A stretch of DNA of 60,364 bases, from NCBI GenBank assembly GCA_938083005.1, contig CALKCU010000002.1:1-60364 (forward strand), given 5' to 3'. The DNA comes from an uncultured Sulfolobales archaeon. Its GTDB lineage: Archaea > Thermoproteota > Thermoprotei_A > Sulfolobales > NBVN01. Below, one piece after another: positions 37,921 through 48,231 of this stretch. The stretch's first letter is position 1, and every line of letters begins with the position of its first letter. A model generated the notes under the pieces. The model worked only from the letters and a program-made list of their open reading frames with translations. It was not told the origin of the DNA and did no database searches. The translations under genes and the position numbers were made by a program.

Positions 37921-38973
37921 GTGTGCGAGCTGATGAGACGTATGGGTGAGAACCCATACCTGAGGGAGAGAGTGGGGTCCATAGATGTTAAGCCTAGGAG
38001 GATTAGCGAGCTATTGAGGAGCATGTCGAGAACGGCCTACCAGGGGAGGAAGCTCGGGGAGGTCTACGAGGTGCTCCTCAAGATGTTCGAGGACCCGAGG
38101 ATCACCGTGTTCATGGGGCTCGCCGGCTCCATGGCGCCCGCCGGGATGTGGAGGATAGTTAAATGGCTCGTGGACGAGGGGTTCGTGGACGTTCTCGTGA
38201 GCACGGGTGCGAACATCTCTGAGGACATAGTCGAAGCGATGGGGTTCAGCTACTACAGGGGCTCCCCGTGCGTCGACGACTACGAGCTCCTTAAGCACAG
38301 GATCGATAGATTCTACGACGTCTACGTCTCCGAGCTGGACTACAGATCCATGGAGAACCTTGTGCTGGAGTTCGTGAGAACCCTGCCGGACGGTACGTAC
38401 TCCACAGCGGAGTTCCTCTACCTCTTCGGCCGCTTCCTCAGCGACAGGGGGATAGACTCTATAGTGACCGCCGCCTACAGGTCGGGAGTCCCCGTCTTCT
38501 CTCCAGCGCTCGTGGACTCCGGTTACGGGATGGCCGCCGTCCTGGCCCTTAGGGAAGGCAGGAGAGTGGCTATCGACATGGTCAAAGACTTCGACCAGCT
38601 GATCAGGGTAGCCGAGCACTCTGAGGAGACGGCTGTGATCTATATCGGTGGAGGGGTCCCGAAGGACATTATCAACTTGGTGGCGGTGGCCCAAACTTTG
38701 ATAGCTGAGAGGTCGGGCAAGCGGGACTACTACAAGCCGCACAGGTTCGCCGTCCAGATAACCACGGACCTCCCGCAGTGGGGCGGCCTCTCGGGGGCTA
38801 CTCTCGAGGAGGCGGTGAGCTGGGGCAAGGCTTCTCCGTGGGGTTACAAGGCCATGGTGCACGTCGACGCGACCATAGCCCTGCCCATACTGGTCCACGC
38901 GATCGCTGAGGAGGTGGCGACCAGGAGGCCGAAGAAGAGGCTGGTCGAGCTCTTACTGTCCGCGGGCGGGTAA
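37921..38973 (+). CDS. dhs: Deoxyhypusine synthase family protein
   Basis: STGAN, DS, GGGVPK, GGLSGA..EEAVSWGK, DATIALP. Confidence 0.9.
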   Translation: MCELMRRMGENPYLRERVGSIDVKPRRISELLRSMSRTAYQGRKLGEVYEVLLKMFEDPRITVFMGLAGSMAPAGMWRIVKWLVDEGFVDVLVSTGANISEDIVEAMGFSYYRGSPCVDDYELLKHRIDRFYDVYVSELDYRSMENLVLEFVRTLPDGTYSTAEFLYLFGRFLSDRGIDSIVTAAYRSGVPVFSPALVDSGYGMAAVLALREGRRVAIDMVKDFDQLIRVAEHSEETAVIYIGGGVPKDIINLVAVAQTLIAERSGKRDYYKPHRFAVQITTDLPQWGGLSGATLEEAVSWGKASPWGYKAMVHVDATIALPILVHAIAEEVATRRPKKRLVELLLSAGG

Positions 38974-39167
38974 GCGGCTTCGGTCTAGAGACCTCTCGAG
39001 TGTGGTAAGCGTGGGTCGGGGTCCTTTAGTCAGCAAGCTCTGAGACGTTGAGGTAGGACTCTCGGCTCTTCTCTACATGTTTTGAGCCCCGACGGTTCTA
39101 CCGTTTCCCCACTAACGGCCGCGTCTATGCCCGCCGGCGGGTCGGCCCCGCCGACCTCCGCCTGGCT

Positions 39168-39324
39168 TCATCATTACCCCCGGATCCCCGCGACCTGCGG
39201 TGGGGAGCCCGAGTCCCAGAGCCTCTACTCATCACCTCCCCCGGCGTTCTCTCACCTCAGAGAGTTCAGGACCGCTCCCGGTGCCACGCATCCAGGTGCT
39301 CATGATAGCCGGATCTATCATCAC
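39168..39324 (-). ncRNA. Candidate box C/D (K-turn) sRNA cluster
   Basis: Three RTGATGA boxes on the minus strand (39324-18, 39235-29, 39174-68) and two CTGA boxes (39269-66, 39260-57) in an intergenic gap. Confidence 0.4.
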
Positions 39325-39440
39325 GTGCGCACAGCCTACAGAGCGGCAGAGCGCGATGGCGTGCTAGAGCCAGGAGTGGCGCTCGGGTACTGGTTAATAA
39401 CTCGGGAGGTCTGCAGGGGGTGGGTGCCGGCGAGGAGCCG

Positions 39441-40076
39441 ATGTTCGAGGTAGTGATTTCTTGTAGAATCAGAACGGGGGACTCGGAGTACCTAGCCATG
39501 AAGGCGCACGAGCTTCTGAAGGAGCTCGGGACCTCCGAGCTCGACACGGTCTACTTCTCGGAAGTAGTGGGATCGGTCGGCGGGGTCTCTGTGGCCTTGT
39601 ACCTCTCGAGATCAAACGTGGGCGTCCTGGCGGTGGCCTCCGCCTGCGACGACGAGGGGAGGTGCATCGCCGGGCCCCTCAGGGAGGTCACCAGGGTGGG
39701 CGGGAGGCTGCTCCGGGAGCTTAGGAACTTCATAGAGGTGCTGAGGGTCGACTACGTGGTCAGGACTAAGCTGACTCTGACTTCCGCGCGCAGAGGCAAC
39801 ATAGTAAGGTACCTGAGGGCGGGCGGCGTGGAGGTATTGGACGCGGGGAGCTACGACGCGGGCTGGTACACGGTCAGGATACTCAAGGGCAAGTACATAG
39901 TCTCCCTGAAGAAGCTGGACGTGGCCATAGCTCTAGTCCAGGAGAGGGGAGGAGGGTTGGTCAGCGCCCAGCTCACCGTCTCCAGGTCCCTGCATGGGGT
40001 CGAGGAGCTCGCCGAGGAGGAGCTAGTCGACTGCCTTAAGGCCGTATCCCACATCATCGCCTACGTGGCCGGCTAG
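39441..40076 (+). CDS. Hypothetical protein
   Basis: ORF with genome-typical codon use; no motif recognised. Confidence 0.6.
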   Translation: MFEVVISCRIRTGDSEYLAMKAHELLKELGTSELDTVYFSEVVGSVGGVSVALYLSRSNVGVLAVASACDDEGRCIAGPLREVTRVGGRLLRELRNFIEVLRVDYVVRTKLTLTSARRGNIVRYLRAGGVEVLDAGSYDAGWYTVRILKGKYIVSLKKLDVAIALVQERGGGLVSAQLTVSRSLHGVEELAEEELVDCLKAVSHIIAYVAG

Positions 40077-40768
40077 AGAAGGCCGAGGGCTCCGCTGGCC
40101 ACCAGGACGGCGAGCGTGGAGAGGGTTATCAGGACGTTGTCGTCCAGCAGCGGTGGGATCTCGTAGTGCTCGACCAGGCTAGCGATCAAGGCAGCGACTA
40201 TGCCCACGTGTCCGGCGTAGTAGACCCCGATGGGGAGGGTGACGGCGAGCATCCCGAGGTTGCCGACCCACGATTTGGTCCTTCTCCTATATAGGGTGTT
40301 CCTTATGATACCTGTGACGGCGTCCCCGAACGACATGAAGGCGAGGGGGACGACCGCGTAGACCGGGTTACCGAATAGGACCCAGAGGGCGAGCAGGGCT
40401 AGCCCCCACGCGACGCAGAAGTTCACCTCGTACATGTTCTCCCCGACTTGGAACCAGTAGAGAAGCCTCCCGGTCCTGTGCGGCAAGTACGTTATCGCGG
40501 CCAGGATCAGAGCGAAGACCGTTGGTACGAGGGGTGAGGTGAAGAGGTGGGGGACCAGGAGGGCCACCAGCCCGCCGGCCAGCACGTGGATCAGCTTTCG
40601 ATTGTAATAGACGACCACGTTGTTGCTAAGGCCCCTCGTCCTCAGAAACCCGTAGACGTACCTAGTTAGCGCCAGGACTCCCAGCACGTAGAGGAAAAGC
40701 GGGACGGCTATGAGGACCTCGACCAGAGGGTCGCTCGGCACTAGAACATCGAGAGCGAGAGTCCGCAC
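40073..40768 (-). CDS. Dolichol/phytol kinase-like membrane protein
   Basis: YNRK.IH, FMSFGDAVTGIIRN, K.W.GN, DDN. Confidence 0.82.
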   Translation of the reverse strand: MRTLALDVLVPSDPLVEVLIAVPLFLYVLGVLALTRYVYGFLRTRGLSNNVVVYYNRKLIHVLAGGLVALLVPHLFTSPLVPTVFALILAAITYLPHRTGRLLYWFQVGENMYEVNFCVAWGLALLALWVLFGNPVYAVVPLAFMSFGDAVTGIIRNTLYRRRTKSWVGNLGMLAVTLPIGVYYAGHVGIVAALIASLVEHYEIPPLLDDNVLITLSTLAVLVASGALGLL

Positions 40769-40836
40769 CCCACGTCACCGGGATCTGCGCTAAGGCAGGA
40801 CATATAAGTGTGCTACGATTAGCTAGCGTAACAGTG

Positions 40837-41577
40837 CTACTCGCGGTCCGGGCATCCCCGGATCGCTAGAGCTGCCACCTGAACGAACTTGAAGGCCGCG
40901 TAGAGGTGGCTCGCCAGGGCCAGCGCCACCAGCGAGTAGGCCAGGGCACCGGACACCGCGTGCTCCAACACTCCCCCGACCATCACCAGGAAGATTCTTA
41001 CGTCCCTCGAGGCGATGCTAGGCAGGGGCCCGACTACGGCTGGGTGGACTCCCAGATCGTACTGGCTTCTCGCGTGGAGGTAGCTCACCATCAGGGTCCC
41101 GGAGATCGCTAGCACAGCGATGACGAGCCCCCACGGCTCCGGAAAGCGCCCGAGGGACAGCACCGACGCGGACGCTACTATCAGCACATCCGCGTATCTG
41201 TCGAGCATGGAGTCTATGAACGCTCCGGTCCTACTTTCCATCTTCCTCGCCCTGGCCAGCTCTCCGTCGACCCCGTCCACAACCGAGGAGACCTGCGCGA
41301 GTATCCCGCCGAGGGCGGGGACCCCCAGGGTGAAGCCGAGAGCAGAAGCAACCGATATCAGGAATGAGATCAGGGACACCTGGTTAGGCGTCACCGGGAT
41401 GCCCCTCTCGAGTATGAACATGGTTATGGCGGTGGATAGCCTCCTGTTCACGTACTTCGCTACCGGCCCATCGATGGGCTTTGTGAGGGAGCCCTTGTCG
41501 ATAACTCGCCCCGGGTAGATCTCTGTATAATTCGGCCATATATACCGTTCGCATACCACTCCTTTCCTGGAAGCCAA
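40837..41577 (-). CDS. CDP-alcohol phosphatidyltransferase, probably di-myo-inositol-phosphate phosphate synthase (DIPPS)
   Basis: DG.V.KYVNRRLS, TPNQVS, DGVDGELAR...S..GA..DS.LDRYAD; true start uncertain. Confidence 0.8.
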   Translation of the reverse strand: MASRKGVVCERYIWPNYTEIYPGRVIDKGSLTKPIDGPVAKYVNRRLSTAITMFILERGIPVTPNQVSLISFLISVASALGFTLGVPALGGILAQVSSVVDGVDGELARARKMESRTGAFIDSMLDRYADVLIVASASVLSLGRFPEPWGLVIAVLAISGTLMVSYLHARSQYDLGVHPAVVGPLPSIASRDVRIFLVMVGGVLEHAVSGALAYSLVALALASHLYAAFKFVQVAALAIRGCPDRE

Positions 41578-41670
41578 GCGCTCGGTCCTCTTTCTAGACC
41601 AATTCGCGGGACCCTACACCGGTGGCTGACATACACGTTTAATATCTCCCACTCCTACTCTACACATGGG

Positions 41671-42081
41671 ATGACTTTACCGAGTAGCATGAAGACGCAG
41701 GAGAGAGAGTTACTGATGGAGACTGAGATCGTACACAAGGTGCTACTGTGCGCATCCCTGCTCATCAGTAGGGGGCTCGCGAGCAGTTTCCCAGGCCTCA
41801 ACGCCGCGTTCTCTCTGAAGCTCCGCGGCATGGGCATAGACCCGGAGGCGGGGCTACTCGCGAACCCGGAGAGCTACCTAAAGACCCTTCTCGAGCTTCT
41901 GGGAGGCGGGAGGGCGGCCGAGGCGCTGCTTAGGAGCGCGCTGCCGCGCAAGGAGGTCTTCGATAAGATTCTCGAGGCGCTGCTCACGTCGCGCAGCGCG
42001 GCGGAACTTGAGGTGTCCCTTCTCTCTATCGCTAGAGAGTACGGAAAGGACCTGAGAGCTGTTTGCAAGGACGTTTACTGA
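41671..42081 (+). CDS. Hypothetical protein
   Basis: 136-aa helical-looking ORF filling a gap. Confidence 0.55.
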   Translation: MTLPSSMKTQERELLMETEIVHKVLLCASLLISRGLASSFPGLNAAFSLKLRGMGIDPEAGLLANPESYLKTLLELLGGGRAAEALLRSALPRKEVFDKILEALLTSRSAAELEVSLLSIAREYGKDLRAVCKDVY

Positions 42082-42088
42082 GGGCCGG

Positions 42089-45000
42089 CTACCCGCCGGC
42101 CTCTTCGTCCCGGGTAATGGTCGTGCCCGGGATCCGCTCTCCCGAGCTAGGGGGCCTCCTCACTCCTATCCTGGTGGTGGAGCCCTCTATGTCCCACGCC
42201 TTCACGAGGTATCCGTCCCGGGGCACTCCGATCCGCACCTCCGAGGCTCTGACCTCCCCGGCTATGTAGTCGCGGAAGCGGCTCACAGCGGCGGTCACGT
42301 CCTCCGAGTCGGAGTCTATGGCGACTTCTATGAGCTCAGCTACTCCCAGGTTCATCTCCTTCCTCATGACCTGTACCCTGCGCACCACCTCCCTGGCCAG
42401 GGCCTCCATGTAGAGGTCCCTGTCTACGCTCTTCAGCAGGCACGCCACTATTCCCCCCTCCTGGGCCGACTCGTACTCCCCGCTCTGGCAGACCGAGGGG
42501 TCTGCCGCTAGCACCATACTCTTCACGTTGGACAGCCTGGCCACGACGCTCCTCAGCGGTTCGAGCTGTCGTAGGACCTCCTCCTCCGCGATCACCACGG
42601 CCTCCCGCATGGGCCACCTGATCTTTATCCCCATCCTGTTCCTCAGCGAGGCTAGCATTTCCGCGATTCTTAGGGCCCTTCTGAAGGTCTCCTCGAGCTG
42701 GGGCTTCCTCATCCTCTCGTCAGCCCTCTCAGCCCTGGTCAGGTGGACGCTCTCCGCTTCGTCGGGCTCGAAGTGCTTGACGAAGCGGATCCAGAGGGCC
42801 TCGGAGAAGTGCGGGACCACGGGGGCTAGCAGCTTCAGCAGGCGCTTCAGGACGTAGTAGAGCGCGGCGTAGACGACGAACCTGTCGTCGCTCTCCTCGC
42901 TCCAAACCCTCGGCCTGACCAGCTTCAGGTAGGTCCTGCTCAGGTCCTCGACAGCGAAGTCCATCAGTAGCTGCACCGCTCTGTTTACCTCGTATCTCAC
43001 CATTAGGTCCGCGAACTCGGCCGTCACCGTGTTTACTCTTGAGAGTATCCACTCGTCCTCGATCGAGAGCCTCCCGAGGTATTTGGAGAGCTCGTGAACC
43101 CTTGGGGAGAACCCGTCGAGGTCCATATACATGGCGGCGAACCTGAACACGTTCCAAACTATGTTCAGTGCGCTGGTCGAGACCTTCCTGACCTCGTCCG
43201 GGTCGAACATGAAGGAGTCTCCAGGCGGATACCTCGACAGTAGGTAGAGCCTCAGAGGGTCCGCCCCGAACTTCTTGATAGCCTCCTCGGCGTACACCAC
43301 GTTGCCCAGGTGCTTAGACATCTTCCTCCCGAACTTATCGAGGACGTGCCCCTGTATGAGGACTTGCCTGTACGGAGCGACACCCCTGTCGATGACCGAC
43401 GCAGCTATCAGAGAGTAGAACCAACCCCTCGTCTGGTCGACGGCCTCCGTTATGAAGGTATAGGGGAAGAGCCTTTCGAAAAGCTCTCTGTTCCTCAGTC
43501 CGTCGACCGAGGCTATCCACGCGACCCCGCTGTCGAGCCACACGTCAACGACGAATGGCTCCCTGACCCACCTGGAGCAGTCTGACGTCCTGAGCTCGAC
43601 AGAGTCGATCCACGGTCTGTGAACTAGCCTATCGTCGTCCACGTCGGGGAGCTTGGAGGCGTATCTCTTCAGCTCCTCGACGCTCCCGATAACCAGTATC
43701 CTGTTGGGGTCCTCGGAGCACCTCCATACCGGTAGCGGAGTACCCCATATTCTCGATCTAGATATGGTCCAGTCCTTCACGCTCGCGAGCCAGGATTCAA
43801 ACCTGTTCCTGTGGACCCTCGGGAACACCTCGACGGAGTCCAGGGCCTTCAGGAGATCCTCTCTGAGGAGGCTCATCGCCATGAACCACTGCCTGTCCGC
43901 TCTGTAGACTAGCGGAGTGCCGCACCGCCAGCAGTGGGGGTATCTGTGGACGATCCTCCCGCACTTGACCAGGAGGCCCTTCTTGCTTAGGATCTCGACG
44001 ACGAGCTTCGAGGCCCCGTCTACCGAGAGTCCCCCGAAGACCCCGGCGCGCTCATCGAAAACGCCGTCGATTCTGACGGTGCTCGTCACCGGCAAGCCGT
44101 GGCGCACGCCCAGCTCGAAGTCCTCTGGTCCGTGGCCGGGCGCTATGTGAACGAGCCCCGTGCCCTCCTCGAGGCTGACGAACTCCGCGTCTAGGACTCT
44201 GTGAGCATCGTGGTGGTCCGCGTGCAGAGGGATCTCGTTCGCTAGCGGATGCTCGTACTTCATCCCCCTAAGCCTAAGCCCCTCCAAGACCTCGACGCAC
44301 CCCCAGGACTCCAGTCCCAGCTCTTGAGCTACACGCTCGGCCAGGTTCCTGGCTACGTACCACCTCTCGCCGCCCACGGCCATGACGCAGTACTCCGCTC
44401 TTGGATGGACCGCCACAGCCTCGTTGTCCACCAGGGTCCAGGGAGTGGTCGTCCACACCAGGAGGTACTCCCCGTCCCCGCCCTCTACCTTGAACTTCAC
44501 GTAGATCGATGGAGACTCCTTCTCTTCGTAGCCCATGTCCACCTCGGCATCGCTTAGGGCCGTCTCACACCTAGGGCAGAAGGGGAGGACCCTGTAGCCC
44601 TCGTAGAGCAGTTCCCTCTCCCAGGCTCTCTTTATCACGTACCACACGTACTCTATGTACCTCCCCCTCCTGGTCTCGTAAGCGTTGTCGAGGTCTAGCC
44701 AGAGCCCGATCATCTCGGTCGCGTACTTCTTCCAGTACTCGAGGTAGTAGTCGACGAGCTTGTTGCACTCCTCGACGAACCTCTCGAGCCCTATCCTCTC
44801 GTAGATCTCCCTCTTAGTCCTCACCCCCAGCTTCTTCTCCACCTCGACCTCGACAGGCAGGCCCTGCTCGTCCCACCCTCCCTGAGCCCACACATCGTAC
44901 CCGAGCATCCTGTAGTACCTAAGGACGAAGTCCTTGTACACCCTACCCCTTAAGTGGCCCACGTGTGGGTAGCCGTTAGCCGTCGGCGGCCCCTCGAGGA

Positions 45001-45109
45001 AGCTAAAGAGCTTCCCACCGCTGGGCGCTCTCCATTTAGCCGGGACACCCTTCTTCCTCCAGTACTCCCTGACCTCCTCCTCTATCTTCCTCACGTCCAG
45101 CGGAGGCAA
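42089..45109 (-). CDS. ileS: Isoleucyl-tRNA synthetase
   Basis: EGPPTANG.PHVGH, WTTTPWT, GTGLVHIAP, DQTRGWF, KMSKH. Confidence 0.96.
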   Translation of the reverse strand: MPPLDVRKIEEEVREYWRKKGVPAKWRAPSGGKLFSFLEGPPTANGYPHVGHLRGRVYKDFVLRYYRMLGYDVWAQGGWDEQGLPVEVEVEKKLGVRTKREIYERIGLERFVEECNKLVDYYLEYWKKYATEMIGLWLDLDNAYETRRGRYIEYVWYVIKRAWERELLYEGYRVLPFCPRCETALSDAEVDMGYEEKESPSIYVKFKVEGGDGEYLLVWTTTPWTLVDNEAVAVHPRAEYCVMAVGGERWYVARNLAERVAQELGLESWGCVEVLEGLRLRGMKYEHPLANEIPLHADHHDAHRVLDAEFVSLEEGTGLVHIAPGHGPEDFELGVRHGLPVTSTVRIDGVFDERAGVFGGLSVDGASKLVVEILSKKGLLVKCGRIVHRYPHCWRCGTPLVYRADRQWFMAMSLLREDLLKALDSVEVFPRVHRNRFESWLASVKDWTISRSRIWGTPLPVWRCSEDPNRILVIGSVEELKRYASKLPDVDDDRLVHRPWIDSVELRTSDCSRWVREPFVVDVWLDSGVAWIASVDGLRNRELFERLFPYTFITEAVDQTRGWFYSLIAASVIDRGVAPYRQVLIQGHVLDKFGRKMSKHLGNVVYAEEAIKKFGADPLRLYLLSRYPPGDSFMFDPDEVRKVSTSALNIVWNVFRFAAMYMDLDGFSPRVHELSKYLGRLSIEDEWILSRVNTVTAEFADLMVRYEVNRAVQLLMDFAVEDLSRTYLKLVRPRVWSEESDDRFVVYAALYYVLKRLLKLLAPVVPHFSEALWIRFVKHFEPDEAESVHLTRAERADERMRKPQLEETFRRALRIAEMLASLRNRMGIKIRWPMREAVVIAEEEVLRQLEPLRSVVARLSNVKSMVLAADPSVCQSGEYESAQEGGIVACLLKSVDRDLYMEALAREVVRRVQVMRKEMNLGVAELIEVAIDSDSEDVTAAVSRFRDYIAGEVRASEVRIGVPRDGYLVKAWDIEGSTTRIGVRRPPSSGERIPGTTITRDEEAGG

Positions 45110-45217
45110 ATCAATAGCAGACCCCTACAGAGCTAGGGAGGCAAGACTAATAAGCCACTGCCGTAGAGTCGGGCAAGGATCCGGGGGTTAAATCCGGGTC
45201 GGGCTAGCGATACCCCG

Positions 45218-46414
45218 GTGCGGAGGGTGCTCGATTCGATCTCCGCGGCGTTCGGCATCGCGTCGGCTGCGATCATCGCGGCCAACTCGATCCTGGTGAT
45301 CCTCGCTTCACTGAGCAAGGCCAGGCCTCTGGAGCTAGAGCCGGGCAGCCCTCAGGAGCATGTTAGCGTAGCGGTGATCGTTCCTGTCTACAGGGAGGGA
45401 CCGCGCGTACGCTACGTACTCCGATCACTTGGGGAGGTGCGATATCCGAAGGACCGTCTGACCCTGGTAGTGGTTGGTGAGGAGGGGGACGACGAGACGT
45501 ACCGCGAGATCTCGAGGCTCTGCGAGACCTCTGGGAACCTCTTGGACTGTGGCGGCGTGAGGGGAGTGTACGTCGTCAACAGATCGGGAGTCCGCGGTAA
45601 GCCCGCGGCCCTCAACTACGCACTAAAGCACGTGAACGCCGATGTGGTGGCCGTATACGATGCCGAGGACACCGTTCATCGGGACCACGTATCGATCGCT
45701 GTCAGGCTACTCGAGGACCGGTCGGTGGGAGCGGTACAGTTCGTGAGGGAGGTCTCCCCCTACCCAAGCGACCTAGCCGAGGCCCAGAGGTCTGACTTCT
45801 ACTTCTACTACATGGTCCTCCAGCCGTACCTGATGCGCAAGACGGGCCTGGCGGAGGTGTGCGGATCCGCGTTCTTCGCGAGGCTTTCGCTCCTAAAGAG
45901 CCTGGGCGGGTTCAACGAGTCGTCCCCCGCCGAGGACCTGGACCTGACGTACAGACTCGGAGCCAGGGGCGTGAGGGTGCTGGTGGCTCTGCCCCCCTCC
46001 GCCACGAGACCGGTGGTCCGCACCTCAAGCCTAGTCAAGCAGAGGGCCCGCTGGATAAGAGGCGGGATACTGTCGATCCCGACGGGGCTCAGGGCCCTGC
46101 CCAGGTCCGCGCCTCTGCTGCTCGTGACAGGTCTCACGCCGCTGACGTCGGTGACCTCCACCGTCGCGGTATTACTGCTCGTGGCCGGGCTGATCAAGGG
46201 CTCCGCTCCCGTTTTATCCTGGTACGCCATCTCAGCGCTAGCGGCGGCGTGCCTACTCGGGACCCTCTTCACGCTCCTATCCGGGTACGGCAGGGGAGGG
46301 GGGCTCAAGCACCTGGCGGCGATGTCGGTCGTGTACTTCCTGGCCTCCTGGAGGGCCGTGGTCGAGCTTGCGGTATCTCCCCGGAGCTGGACGAGGTCTG
46401 AGTCCAAGGCCTAA
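45218..46414 (+). CDS. Membrane GT2 glycosyltransferase (cellulose synthase-like)
   Basis: KPAALN, YDAE, AED, QRARW (QxxRW), flanking TM helices. Confidence 0.88.
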   Translation: MRRVLDSISAAFGIASAAIIAANSILVILASLSKARPLELEPGSPQEHVSVAVIVPVYREGPRVRYVLRSLGEVRYPKDRLTLVVVGEEGDDETYREISRLCETSGNLLDCGGVRGVYVVNRSGVRGKPAALNYALKHVNADVVAVYDAEDTVHRDHVSIAVRLLEDRSVGAVQFVREVSPYPSDLAEAQRSDFYFYYMVLQPYLMRKTGLAEVCGSAFFARLSLLKSLGGFNESSPAEDLDLTYRLGARGVRVLVALPPSATRPVVRTSSLVKQRARWIRGGILSIPTGLRALPRSAPLLLVTGLTPLTSVTSTVAVLLLVAGLIKGSAPVLSWYAISALAAACLLGTLFTLLSGYGRGGGLKHLAAMSVVYFLASWRAVVELAVSPRSWTRSESKA

Positions 46415-46457
46415 GTGTTTTTTGCTCGACGCAGCCTAGCGACTCGGTGGGCACCGC

Positions 46458-48026
46458 GTGAGCACCAGGTCTAAACTCGAGGAGCTCGGGAGGCTCTACG
46501 AGCAGGCCCTCCTGGGCGGAGGCAAGGAAGCCATAGAGGCGCAGCACGCCAAGGGGAAGCTCACGGCTCGCGAGAGAGTAGAGCTATTGGTAGACCCCGG
46601 CAGCTTCCTGGAGATGGACATGTTCGTCAGGCACAGGGCTACGGAGTTCGGCATGGACAAGAGGTGGGTCTGGGGGGACGCTGTGGTCACAGGACTAGCG
46701 AGGATCGACGGGAGGAGAGCGATCGTCATAGCTCAGGACTTCACCTTCATGGGTGGATCCCTAGGAGAGATGCACGCGGCTAAGATAGTCAAGGCGATGC
46801 AGTACGCTATAAGCCAGGGGGTCCCCATAATCTTCCTGAACGACTCCGGGGGCGCTAGGATACAGGAGGGTGTCGACTCCCTGAAAGGTTACGGGGACAT
46901 ATTCTACATGAACGTCATGGCGTCGGGGGTGGTGCCGCAGATAGCCGCGATAATGGGTCCGTGCGCGGGGGGAGCGGTCTACTCCCCGGCGCTCATGGAC
47001 TTCGTAGTGATGGTGAAAAAGACCTCCTTCATGTTCATTACAGGACCCAGGGTCGTCAGGGCTGCCATAGGCGAAGTCGTTGACGAGCAACAGCTCGGCG
47101 GCCCCGAAGTCCACGCGACTAAGTCCGGGCAGGCGGACTTCGTTGCCGAGGACGATAGGGAGGCTGTTACCGTAATCAAGAGACTCCTCTCCTACATCCC
47201 GGGTAACAACATGGAGGACCCGCCGGTAGTCAGAACCGGCGACCCGCCCGACAGGGAGGTGCCGGAGCTCGACGAGGTCGTGCCCGACGACCCCAACGCT
47301 CCCTACGACATGTACGAAGTGATAGATAGGATACTGGACGAGGGGTCGTTCCTGGAGGTGAAGGCGCTGTGGGCTCGGAACGCGATAACGGGCTTCGGAA
47401 GGCTGGACGGCAAGGCGGTCTGCGTCGTAGCCAATCAGCCGAACTACCTCGCCGGCGTCCTCGACATAGACTCGTCGGACAAGATAGCTGAACACGTCAG
47501 GTTCTGCGACTCCTTCAACATGCCTATACTAACCTTCGTAGACGTACCGGGCTACATGCCCGGCACGAGGCAGGAGCACGGCGGTATAATACGGCACGGA
47601 GCTAAGGTCCTCTACGCGTATAGCGAGGCGACGGTGCCCAAGCTGACGGTCATCACCAGGAAGGCGTACGGGGGCGCGTACATAGCTATGGGCTCTAAAC
47701 ACCTCGGGGCAGACTTCGCGGTGGCCTGGCCGACCGCGGAGATAGCCGTCATGGGGCCCGAGGGAGCAGCGGAGATAATATGGAGGAGGGAGCTCGAGGC
47801 GGTGAAGGATCCCCAGGAGAGAGCCAAGCTCTTGGTCAAGTTCACCGAGGAGTATAGGAGCAAGTTCGCAAACCCCTACATAGCCGCCAGTCGAGGCTAC
47901 GTAGACATGGTGATCCAGCCGAGAGACACGAGGAGAGCGCTAGCAAAGGCTCTAGAGATGCTATCCTCGAAGAGAGAAGTGAGGATGTGGGTTCCGCCAA
48001 AGAAGCACGGGCTAATGCCCATGTAG
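46458..48026 (+). CDS. Acyl-CoA carboxyltransferase (PccB / methylmalonyl-CoA decarboxylase alpha)
   Basis: DSGGARIQEG, GPCAGG, DVPGY.PG..QE..GIIRHGAK, KAYGGAY. Confidence 0.92.
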   Translation: MSTRSKLEELGRLYEQALLGGGKEAIEAQHAKGKLTARERVELLVDPGSFLEMDMFVRHRATEFGMDKRWVWGDAVVTGLARIDGRRAIVIAQDFTFMGGSLGEMHAAKIVKAMQYAISQGVPIIFLNDSGGARIQEGVDSLKGYGDIFYMNVMASGVVPQIAAIMGPCAGGAVYSPALMDFVVMVKKTSFMFITGPRVVRAAIGEVVDEQQLGGPEVHATKSGQADFVAEDDREAVTVIKRLLSYIPGNNMEDPPVVRTGDPPDREVPELDEVVPDDPNAPYDMYEVIDRILDEGSFLEVKALWARNAITGFGRLDGKAVCVVANQPNYLAGVLDIDSSDKIAEHVRFCDSFNMPILTFVDVPGYMPGTRQEHGGIIRHGAKVLYAYSEATVPKLTVITRKAYGGAYIAMGSKHLGADFAVAWPTAEIAVMGPEGAAEIIWRRELEAVKDPQERAKLLVKFTEEYRSKFANPYIAASRGYVDMVIQPRDTRRALAKALEMLSSKREVRMWVPPKKHGLMPM

Positions 48027-48231
48027 CCGAGGAGAGAACGTTCGATAGTCAGAGAGTGGTCCGCGAGCTTGGTCCCCTTCCAGGAGGGCCCGGGGTCCGT
48101 AGCCAAGGCGTCCGAGCGCTCTGGCGAAGAGCGGAAGCTCTACACGCGATCTAGCCTATCTCTCCATCGTAACGCTGATTAAAACTTATATTGGTTCGGC
48201 GCAAAAGAGCGCGGACTGTTTGGTGACTCAA

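Noticed and set aside
39125-39233. Short Arg-rich ORF (MSRGSGTRAPHRR...) on the minus strand
   Set aside because: The SD-like GGAGGTG abuts the ATG, and the composition looks like translated GC-rich non-coding sequence.
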